This document shows positions 53,340 to 64,000 of a stretch of 64,000 nucleotides of DNA, in pieces. The stretch comes from Octopus bimaculoides (Eukaryota): assembly GCF_001194135.2 (NCBI RefSeq), contig NC_068990.1, forward strand, positions 1,788,634 through 1,852,633. Direction: 5' to 3'. The notes beneath the pieces are model-generated. The model was not told where the DNA came from. It did no database searches and worked only from the letters and a program-made list of their open reading frames with translations. The translations under genes and the position numbers were made by a program. The stretch's first letter is position 1, and every line of letters begins with the position of its first letter.

Positions 53340-53817
53340 TCCCTTGGGCTGCTTCTAATGCATATTTTAATACATACACACACACACACACAAATATATA
53401 TATACACACACAGACAAATACACACACACACATATATATATACACACACAGACACATAAATGTGTGTGTATAAATATATTTGTNNNNNNNNNNNNNNNNN
53501 NNNNNNNNNNNNNNNNNNNNNNNNNNNNNNNNNNNNNNNNNNNATATATATATATATATAGTAATAAGAAGAACTTTTGGAAAGAAATTCATAAACCCTT
53601 TAATGCATTGCTATGCACGTTTCAACAAACCTCATGCTTTACTTGTTGTATTCCCCATCCATAAGATATTACAAATATGATTTGCAAAATCCATGGATTT
53701 TAAGGGGAATATTAATATTTCTTTCTTCAGGCAAAAGTTGCATTAGAGTTCTGGCTGTATTCAATGTTTAGCAAAGGGATATTTACCAATTTACATCAAT
53801 CAGAAGGATCTGTGTTT

Positions 53818-53860
<43 letters not shown>

Positions 53861-53902
53861 GTCTGTCTGTCTGTCTGTCTGTCTTTCTCTGTGTGTGTAT
53901 AT

Positions 53903-53933
<31 letters not shown>

Positions 53934-54901
53934 CATATCTATACACACACACACACACACACACACACGCACTCACACACACACGCACACACCCATATAT
54001 GTATATATGTATATGTATGCACACAATATATATATATATATATATACATATATTCAGATTTTGTGCTAGAAGCAAGTAAACTATGTAAACATTATCAATA
54101 CTTAATGAGTGTCTGACGGTAAAGGCTACAAAGCTGCGGTATTTCATCAAAGGGAGAGCCCTTGAAAGACGCTTTTGCATACCATCAAATAGTTTTTACT
54201 CTATTTGCATATATCTCCTTAGCAGGATGAGGTGGGTTATGTCAGAAGTGGAATTGCGATGCTGAAGAGTGGGAATGACTGAGAAATATCGGTATGTATT
54301 GCTCTCTTTTGCATTCAGGGCAATTTCATTTCTCCTAGATCTAGATATGCTGTGTTGTTAAACAAGCTACATCTTTGAAGGGATTGTCTCCCTTAAACAC
54401 AATACTGCTGCTATGTAGTGTTTACTAAAGCATCTGGCTTACCAAAAAAACCTGATGAGTAGGGGATTGCATAATGTATTAAATGATCTTTAGAATGTAG
54501 TATATACTATACTCCTGACTGTACCATGTTTATATCACAGTAAAGGCTCTTAAATTAACAATTGTACTAAAATTAAGGTTTCATTCATTTTGCTAAACTT
54601 AAGGTTTCATTCATTTTGAATACTTTTGGAAGCTTTTGGATATGTGGATTACCAAACAGCATTGAATTATCCTGCCTTGATACAATCTGTGCTATGATAA
54701 AGGATTATTTGACTGTCTGATTTGTCATCCTGCTGTGTTATTAATTGTAACCTGTTTCACTTTGACATGTCTCAGTCCTTAATGGATCTCCTGTAATGAA
54801 ATTTATATGGATATGTGTGTGTGTGTGTGTGTGTGTGTCTATGTGTGTGTGTATATATATATGTATGTGTGTGTGTGTGTATATATATATCTATATGCAT
54901 G

Positions 54902-54965
<64 letters not shown>

Positions 54966-54966
54966 C

Positions 54967-55007
<41 letters not shown>

Positions 55008-55375
55008 CAGAGCTATATATGTATGTGTGTGCATGCATATATATATATATGTGTGTATATATATACACACATGTATGCCTGTGTGTATGTGTGTATCTGT
55101 GTGCATGCATGCGTGCGTGCTTGCTTGCGTGTGTGAATCTTATGTGAGAATTCTAATTTCTGTATCAGGACTTTGATATCCTTCTGAGTTGCCTCCCCTG
55201 GTACCTTCTACTCATGATAGCAATTGATTTTGTAATGAAGTAAGGATATATTTAACACATGCAAACACTACAGGTCTGGTAGAAGATAATAAATTTGTGA
55301 TATGGTTTTTACATATGTATTACACTTTTTAGCAAAAGCCAGAGATTTGGTACAAGAACTAACAACTTGACAAGC

Positions 55376-55745
55376 AGCGATAACAGGTCTGTGATGCCCT
55401 TAGATGTCTGGGGCCGCATGCGCACTATACTGTGGGTATCAGTGGGTGCATCTCCCCTCGGCCTGAGAGGGTCAAGAAACCTCTGAACCACTTCCTGTGA
55501 TAGAGATCAGAGCCTGGAACCAACCCTGTGAACAAGGGATTTCCAGTAAGCATGGGTCATCAGTCCGTGTCAATTGTACTGCCCTTTGTACACACCGCCT
55601 GTTGCCACTACAGATCAACACGTCCGGTGAGGTCCTAGGATCTGGCCAATGAGTCCCCTTGTGCACAGTGGCATTCCATGCCATCATCAGTGCATTCTCT
55701 GATGGCCTGGAGAAGACAGCCGAACCCAATCACTTAGAGAAGATA
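55376..55745 (+). pseudogene. 18S rRNA: Decayed 18S rRNA 3'-region fragment
   Basis: Contains ataacaggtctgtgatgcccttagatgtctggggccgcatgcgcactatactg and tgccctttgtacacaccgcctgttgccactac, universal SSU motifs with CpG-decay changes. It stops before the gtaacaagg terminal helix, and no ITS or 28S is nearby. Confidence 0.95.
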
Positions 55746-56040
55746 GCGATAATGAGCAGAGACTTTAATGAGAAGATAAAATACAAATTTAACGTAACAG
55801 AGAAATTTCCCTCATCAGCTGCCCATCAGATAACCTCATGATTTTAACATCTTAAGGTAGAACTTGTAAAATTCTTTAAAAACTGATGTTGTGTTTGTAG
55901 GTGTAACTTAGCAATTTAATAAATAGAGATTAGAAATGATAACTCGAAAAACCAAGCTGTAGTAAGTACTAACTTTGAAGTTGATGAATATGCTCCAGAC
56001 TGACACAGACTTAGGACTGACATCAGTAAATTAATATAAG

Positions 56041-56454
56041 AACAAGAGCACTCAGAGAGTGCAAACCTCTACCAAGGCAACACCAGTGTCCTTTCAATGA
56101 TTAGCCAGAGATGATTTTTAAAATGAGAATATCTGAAATAAACTGGACTGCTCTCACAAATGAGAATACTAAAAATGAACCCAACCTCTCTCAAACAGAA
56201 AAATAATCCAAATGTCTATATATTGAGTGAGAGGTGAAGGGAGAGGAGATGAAATACTGATACAGTGAAGGAAAAGTAGTGAGAGTAATAGCCATGACTG
56301 AGAGAGTGTGAGAGAAAATAATGACAATGAAAAAGACGAAATGAAGTGGCAAAGAAAGTGTTGTATGAATGAGAAAGGAAGGGGTGATCAATGAATAACG
56401 AAGGAAGAAGTGAAAGTTTGAAATGTGAGTATATGTATGTGTAAAATATAGGTA

Positions 56455-56503
<49 letters not shown>

Positions 56504-56513
56504 NNNNNNNNNN

Positions 56514-56561
<48 letters not shown>

Positions 56562-56847
56562 CAATTGAAATGAGATGGTAATGTTCAGCGCTGAAAATGT
56601 GTGAGCATGTGTATGTGTGTGTGTGTATACAAGAGAACTATGGGAAACTTTAGATTTATATGTAAAGAAAAAAAATTCGGAAAAATAATCCAGAATCCTT
56701 AAATCTAATGAGACCATGCCAGTCACAAGGCCAAACATCCCTGAAAGTTTCATCCGAATCCATCCAGCAGTTCTTGAGACATCCTGTCCATGGACAAACA
56801 AACACAACTGAAAACAACACCTCCGCCTTTGCTAACGTGGAGGTAAC
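56041..56847 (-). mobile_element. DINE-1/HINE-like non-autonomous Helentron
   Basis: Minus strand: 5' ttacctccac...ggcggaggt inverted repeat, internal CA/GT microsatellite, partner subterminal repeat ccttggtagaggtt, terminal stem-loop gcactc-tct-gagtgc, then tcttgtt. This is the DINE-1 layout. Confidence 0.65.
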
Positions 56848-57468
56848 TAGACTGAACAACAAAAGCACGAGGTTATCAATGTTGCTGTATATAAGTGTAC
56901 AAACTTCACTGGCAAACTGAACAAAGCACAAACATTAGAATTGCTAGCAAACTTTATAAAGTTTCATTTCTCTCTGTGTTTGTGATGAGAACTGAAACAG
57001 CTCAATTATAGTGAATCAACAGCGCATACATATCCCGGAGGCACAACTTTCAGTCAAATTTCTGTCAGCGTTAGTTTAATCAGTTATCAATTTTTGTTTT
57101 TCTATATTTTCCAAATGTCTAAAATGTGACAAGGCGATCAAAACCTAGTAATGTTCTTGCTCTTGTTATTTTCCCCCCATTTCAACATTATAGAATGGTA
57201 GCTTAGACATAATTATTACTATTTATTTATTTTTGTTTTTTGTTTTTCTGTTTTTCAAAATATCTGTGTATATGATAACAGAAAAATGTAGGCAGCAATA
57301 GTTATGCGAAGGAAAGTAAACGGGATTACGTTTGCTTACTCAGCACTTGAATATATTTGCAAATAAATCCACTATTGTTATTACCATTAAGCATGTTTCC
57401 CTTTTTCTGGTGTATTTATTTTACAGCAGACTAAGTGAGAAAAACTATTCACATCTGCTTTCTTTCTT

Positions 57469-57515
<47 letters not shown>

Positions 57516-58510
57516 CTCTCTCTTTCTTTCTTTCTGTCTGTTTGTCTTTCTCTTTCTCTCCCTTGTCTGGGTAAGTTATTGGAAATAAAAATTATTTTAT
57601 GCAGCTAAATGTAGAATTAGTTTAGGCCCGTTAGCTATATGAATCCCATTAATTTCCTGAAAAACGAAATACTGTACACAGAGTTCTCTCAAGCTTATAT
57701 GTATGGTATATGGTAAAATCCAAGGAAAAGAAAAAGAGAGAAAGAAGAAGGAAGAGAATTAGGAGTTGAAAGAGAGGAAGACCAACTATAATTGCCATGT
57801 ATTGGAGAAAGTAACTATTTTTTATGGAATGGTTGAATGAAGATCGTATAAATCATATGATAAATGTCAGAAAAGAGATAATGATTCTTGTGGATTTGGT
57901 GCTTGTAGTGCCAAGGAGAAAAGTGGATTGTAAAAACAAAGCGACTTAGAAACTCCATGTAAGCAATCAGGATTTCTAAAAGAAAATTGTTATATAATTA
58001 TGTAATTTTTGGTTTATTTTCTGGATTTCTTTTCATGGAAGATTTTTAAAACTTACTTGGCAAATGTCCGTTTGTTTGATGTTGGTGAATATGAACAGCA
58101 TGAAAGATAACGGGGAGAGAAAGAAAGAGAGAAAGAATGATTTAAAGAAATTTAAAAAATCCTGTGCAGTAGTAGGTTAATACAGTTGTGTAATAGATTA
58201 CAAGTGATAGTATTCATATGTAACTCATGTGCATTCTTTGCTGCTACTTGAAAGCATTTTTATCTGTTTATATATGGAATTTAATAGACACAGGCATGGC
58301 TGTGTGGTAAGAAGTTTGCTTCTGAACCACATGGTTCCAGGCTTAGTCCTACCTTGGAGAAGTATGTTTTACTATAGCTTCAGGCCGACATTTCTTTCTG
58401 TTGCATAAGTGTCCTATATATATATATATATATACATACATACATATATATGTATACACACACACATTGATACATACATATATATATATATATATATCTA
58501 TGTATATGTA

Positions 58511-58545
<35 letters not shown>

Positions 58546-59143
58546 NNNNNNNNNNNNNNNNNNNNNNNNNNNNNNNNNNNNNNNNNNNNNNNNNNNNNNN
58601 NNNNATATATATACACTAGCAGCTAAACCTGGTTTCATCCGGCCTGTTTGGATAATGTGGCTATGATCCTTTTTGGTTCGGCATAATCTATAACACCATT
58701 TCTCAACCTTATCATTTCGGGTCCCATGTTTCGATTAGAGCTTCTAGCTGTTTGAAGATGTCATCAAACCCCTGTCAGAAAATGGCTTCAGGAGTTATGA
58801 AGAAAGAATTGGTATGTAGTCTGTTTCTGAGAGCTATTCTATTGGACATCTGTCTAATCATTAAAACATTTATTTAATTATGAACATAGAAGGAAATTAT
58901 ACATTAATCCCAATTTTTGTAAGCAGCTGTATCTGTAAAAATGTTATTTGCAGAGAGCAGAAATTGAAAGATATATGAAATGGACGTGCGTGTGTGTGTG
59001 TGTGTATTTGTGTGTGCATGTGCGTGTGTGTATATGAGAAAGAAAGAGGGTGTGAAAAAGAGATAAAGTGAGTGAGTGAAGTTGTGTGTCATTGACTTAC
59101 GTTGGTTGGTACGGCAAGTACGAAGATTTTGAGGCAGCAGACG

Positions 59144-59850
59144 ACTAGATATTTTAGATATTTGAACCTATACTTCAGATATTTTAGATATTCTAGCCTA
59201 TATTTTAGATATTTTAGACTATACAAATAGATATTTTAAACTAGAGTTTCGATATATGAGCTTATAGTTCAGATATTTAGCCTATAGTTTAGATAACGTC
59301 GCCTATACCTTAGATGTTTTAGCCTATAGTTTCTATATTTTAGGCTATAATTTAGTTATTTTTGCCTACATTTTAGATATTTTAGCCTATAGTTTCGATA
59401 TTGAGCCTATAGTCTAGATATTTAGCCTACACGTCAGATATTTTACCCTATAGTTTCGATATTTGAACCTATAGTTTAGTTATTTCAGCCTATACTTTAG
59501 ATAATTTAGCCTATATTTTCGATATTTGAGCCTATAGTTTAGTTGTTTTTGCCTATACTTTAGATATTTTTAGCCTAGAGTTTCGATATTTGAGCCAATA
59601 GTTCAGATATTTATCCTATACTTTATATATTTTAGCCTATAGTTTCGATATGTCAGCCTATAGTTTAGTTATTGTACCCTATACATTAGATATTTTAGCC
59701 TATACTCCCTATATTTTAGCCTATACTCCCGATATTTTAGCCTGTATTTTAGTTATTTTCGCCTATACGTTAGATATCTGAAGCCTATAGTTTAGTCATT
59801 CTAGCCTATATTTATATTTTAGCCTATACTTTCGATATTTCAGCCTGATA
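59144..59850. repeat. About 21-bp minisatellite with a three-monomer (about 63 bp) higher-order pattern
   Basis: Recurring monomers tagatattttagcctatagtt / tcgatatttgagcctatagtt / tagttattttagcctatactt, roughly 33 monomers by eye. Confidence 0.9.
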
Positions 59851-59869
59851 TATATGGTTATATTTTAGA

Positions 59870-60765
59870 TTTTCCAGGAGGTAATTAGTCCCCCTCCTCC
59901 CCTTTCTCGGAACTTTCCAGGAAGTAATTAATCTTCCTCCTCCCCTTCTTCAGAACTTCTCAGGAAGTAGGTAATCCCATCTCCTCCCCTTCCTGTGAAC
60001 TTTCCAGGAAGTAATTCAACCCTCCTCCCCTTCTACAGAACTTTCCAAGAAGTAATTAATCCCCTTCCTCCCTTTCCTTGGAACTTTGATGGAAGTTATT
60101 CAACACCCTCCTCCTCTTTCTCGGAACTTTCCAGAAAGTAATCAATCCCCCTTCTCCTCTTCGACGAAACTTTCCAGGAATGAATTAATCCCCCTCCTCC
60201 CCATCTCCCTTCCTCTGAACTTTCCAGGAAGTAATAAATCCCCCTTCCTCGGAACTTTCCAGGAAGTAATTAATACCCATTCCTCCCATTTCTCGGAACC
60301 TTCCAGGAAATAATTCAACACCCTCCTCCCCTTCCTCAGATTATTCCAGGAATTAGTTAATGCCCCTCCTCCCCTTCCTCGGAACTTCCCAGGAAGCAAT
60401 TCAACCCCTCCTTCCCTCCTCGGAACTTCGCAGTAAGTAATTAATCCTCCACTTCCCCTTCCTCGGAACTTTCCAGGAAGTATTTAATCCACCTCCCCCT
60501 TTTTCGCAACTTACCAGGAAGTAATTAATCCTCCTCCTCACTTTCCTCCTCTTCCTCGGAGCTTTCCAGGAAGTAATTAATACCCCTCCTTCCCTTCCTT
60601 GTAACTTTCCAGGAAGTAATTCCTCCCCCTCCTCGGGTCTTTCCAGGAAATAATTCTTCCCATTCCTCCCCTCCTTAAAACACTCCTCGGAATTTACAGG
60701 AATTTATTCCTCCCCTCATCGGAACTTTTCAGGAAGTAATTCTTCCCCATCCTCGGAAATTTCCA
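59870..60765. repeat. About 42-bp minisatellite (ggaactttccaggaagtaattaatcccctcctccccttcctc)n
   Basis: Roughly 20-25 degenerate units, shortening toward the right end. Confidence 0.92.
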
Positions 60766-62556
60766 TTGCAGCTATATCTCCCTGAAAATATCATACTGTA
60801 TTAATGCGACAATTCTACGTATTACATAGTTTGAATGAGAAACTGGTTGTGTTAATGGCAGAAGAAAGGGGAATTGCATAGGAAAAGGTTTTAATCGCTA
60901 TTCTCGGTAAGTATGGTGGCTAGGAAAAATAGAAGAGGCATTAAGAAGTTGATGTTAAGAACTGCTTTAACAGAAAATGAAGCTGTAAGAATTAGCGGGG
61001 AATTTGTATATAAGAATTAATAGCAGATGTATCCAATTTAAAAAAATGAAGATAAAAGCTAAGTGAAGAAGTATGGAATAAGTAATTGTTATACGCTTAT
61101 AGAAAAACAATTTATATTATAGAAGAGATACATACCTGTTGAAGACGAAAATGTATGTAAGAGCTATTGTGTTGGACGTGTGTATAAACATAGAGAAAGT
61201 GAAAGACATATGAAATGGACGTGTGTGTGTGTGTTTTTGCGGATAATTTGGCAGGAGTTTTGCAGTCAGCAGGAGGTGGTTTGTGTTTTATCTCTATCAC
61301 TGGCTGGACAGGTGAAAATATTTTTTTAATCTGTTTTGTGGAAAGGGGATCCTTTGAAGTGGGCGTCAAATGAAAAGAGACATGAACAGTTTTATGACGG
61401 AACTTCTTTTGAAGTTGGTGTGAGACGGAATAATTGATGTGCGTGCATATGCCTGTATGTGTATGTGTGTGTGTTTGATGGGGTGTGCGAGACAGAGAGA
61501 GCAATGTTGATGGTGTGTGTGTATATGAGAGAGAGAGAGAGAAAGACAGAAAAAGACTGAGAGATAACTGAAATTTTTTATTCAGTTTTTGAAGTGGATG
61601 AATGTGTGAGTGATTGACAGAGAAAAACCGAGAGAGAAAGAGAGAGAGAGAGTGGTTATGTATGTATGTATGTATGTATGACTAGCTTCAGTGATACACA
61701 CTCACATACACGCACGCACACAGGTTGCTTTAATCGATTTTCTCGGTAACTTTTGGGGCTAGGAAATAATACAAAGCGCGTTCCAATCTATGCACCCATC
61801 TCCATATGTGTGCCATTTTTCATGCGAATCTACTCAGCCATTTGGCCGTGAACCTCGAGACAAGAAAGAATACAACGGTCGGCCAACTTCAATTTATATT
61901 ATAGATAAGTGTGTGTGTCTTTGAGTTTGTGTTTGTCTTCCACCACCACTTGACAACCAGTATTGGTGTGTTGTTTATGTCTCTGCAACCAAGCAGTTTG
62001 GCAAAAAGAGACTGATAGAAAAAATACCAGGCATGAAAATAAAAGTAAGTACTTAGGTCATTTTGTTTCAGCATGGCCAAAGTCTTGTGATTGAAACAAG
62101 CAAAAGATTAAAGATAAATTATGACCAATAATTGAATTGAGGGAAACATAGATGATTAAATTTAATCAACTTGATGTGTACATGTATGATTTTAATTCAT
62201 TGATCCTGGATAAATGAAGGTAAAAATAGAGCATACATGTGACTTTTTCTGTTTCTTTTCTTTTTTTGCGCATACAGACACATATGGCTGCAGCTTATGT
62301 ATATTTTGAAGGAGTTTAAGGTGAGGGAACTAGCATTAGATACCTGCTCTATAGAAGTAGCTTTAGTCTGTTGCAGGGTTGAAAACGAGTACCAGTGCTG
62401 CTGGAGTAGTGTGAAATGAAGTGTCTTGTTCAAAGACACACTCTGCCACTTGATCCAAGAATCAAATCCATGACCTTATCATCATAATCTGAATGCCTTA
62501 ATCCTTAAACCATGTGCTGTCACAAAAACAGATGCTCAACAGCAGTGAAATAAACG

Positions 62557-62612
<56 letters not shown>

Positions 62613-64000
62613 GTATATGTATATATATATATATGTGTGTGTGTTTTGCTGCTATAGAAAGTAGTAAACTCAAATCTTTATCCCTATTTGCTTTTTGCTG
62701 GCCTCATTGGAACCCTTTTTTCTCTGGTAACAGGAGGTGGGATTTGAAATCAGATCTTGCCCAATTCCAGTACAGAAACTGCAATGGTTCCCATTCAATG
62801 TTCTAACAATTTTGACGATCCACACCTCTGAAAGGTTACTCCATTTATCCAGTCCGAAAGGATAAAAGACAAAGTTGACGTCAGTGAAATTTGAATTCAG
62901 AGGGCAGATCCAGAACAGATATTACAAGACATCCTATCCAGTGCTCTAATGAGTTGGATTATTCACTATCTTAAATACTGTAAAGATATTTGTTTAGCAT
63001 TCAACCATTCTTCCTCACCAACTCTTCTTTTGCTATAAAATATTACTGTGTTGTTGTTGTTGTTGTTGTTGTGTAGCCTCAGGTTACACAGATTCAGACA
63101 GTAAATTACTTACTCATTACTTTAATGAATATAGTTCATTGAAAAACAGATGCTAATTATTGATACTCTGATAATGGATGCGCTCTTCATTACTTGAACA
63201 GTAGCAGGTTAGATTAACCCCATACATGCTTCATTGCTGACTCATTCCACAATGACAAATGTTTTGGGAGGGAAGCAGGGGAATTAGGGACCATATGGTT
63301 CACAACTGTAAACATTATAGTTTATTGGTCTACAGTGTTCAGTGAAATTCTTCAAGTATACTTTTTCTTTTGCTATATTTTTGTCTTAGTCATTAGAATG
63401 TGGCAATGCTGGGGCACCACCTTTCAGTAGATTGCATCAACCTGACACAGTAGGTTGACTTATACACCAAGATGACTTTGGAGGATTAAAATTTCCATGT
63501 GAAATGCAGCAGATAGTGATGGTGTTTGAATGCTTATCCTACATATTTACACTATATGTTATGTCAACTTGTATGCTGGAAAATATGGTATGTTTAAGTC
63601 CCATACTTATTGAAACATAAAGTCACATGACCTAGTTGGTTAGGGTTTCACACACATGATCGTAAGATTGTAGTTTTTGATTCCTGGATTGGATGATGTA
63701 GTGTGTTCATGACCAAAACACTTCATTTCATGTTGCTCCAGTCCATTTAGCTGGCAAAAATGAATAAGCTTGTGAGAGACTAGCATCCCATCCAGGTGGA
63801 GAATATATATACCATAGAACCTTGGAAACCAGCCTATGGTACAGGAACTGTGATCAATTGTTTTAGCTTATTTAAGAAACCTCTGTTTGTGTCACTGCTA
63901 AGCGAAATATCGATACAGACATTCTTTTTTCAAGCAGTGTCATTGTAAAGGCAGGCGCAGAGACATGCATGTTTGTTTGTTTTTTCTGCACACAGAAAAA

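Larger units (their letters stand above)
58616..61905 (-). mobile_element. Non-autonomous Helitron (3.3 kb) carrying two minisatellite arrays
   Basis: Minus-strand 5' end A|TCTATAATATAAATTG at 61905. The 3' end is a hairpin ccgg-atgaaa-ccagg 8 nt before CTAG|T at 58616. This fits the canonical TC...CTRR ends in an A|T target. A second copy of the 5' terminus lies at 61108-61123. Confidence 0.75.

Noticed and set aside
52875-54295. Candidate exons at about 52875-52970 (-) and 54220-54290 (+) with good splice sites
   Set aside because: Stop codons in all three frames.
34562-54618. Three unrelated tandem units all 26 bp long (34562, 48365, 54567)
   Set aside because: Different sequences and origins with no mechanism evident; treated as coincidence.
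51721-55745. 5S and 18S sequences as a functional rDNA locus
   Set aside because: Both are truncated or deleted and mutated, lie on opposite strands, are not arrayed, and lack ITS, 5.8S and 28S.
14510-57010. Isolated CTGATGA/GTGATGA hits at about 8973(-), 14514, 50905(-), 54452, 55815(-) and 56983
   Set aside because: They lack correctly spaced pairing stems, and such hits are expected by chance.
34562-60765. Regular arrays (26, 26, 21 and 42 bp) as possible CRISPR arrays
   Set aside because: They are head-to-tail tandem units without unique spacers, there are no cas genes, and the context is eukaryotic.

Overview
AT-rich, microsatellite-dense animal genomic DNA with many N-gaps that mostly abut (TA)n runs. 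The SINE families look cephalopod, most likely Octopus (inference from recalled repeat families; no database was searched). No host protein-coding exon could be identified, so the window is intergenic or deep intronic. It holds at least five recurring SINE-like families and three fragments of a (TAA)n-associated R4/Dong-like RLE LINE. DNA transposon relics include mariner, maT/DD37D, hAT and piggyBac-type pieces, decayed Helitron Rep/helicase coding fragments, a 3.3 kb non-autonomous Helitron carrying two minisatellites, and a DINE-1/HINE-like Helentron. There are also 5S and 18S rRNA pseudogene fragments. The most interesting signal is a dispersed set of about eight type I hammerhead-ribozyme-like motifs, of the kind known from Penelope-like elements. 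One has a complete core with a compensatory U3:A8 pair (38738-38779, minus strand). Another sits in the loop of a roughly 105 bp-arm foldback element (45594-45886).
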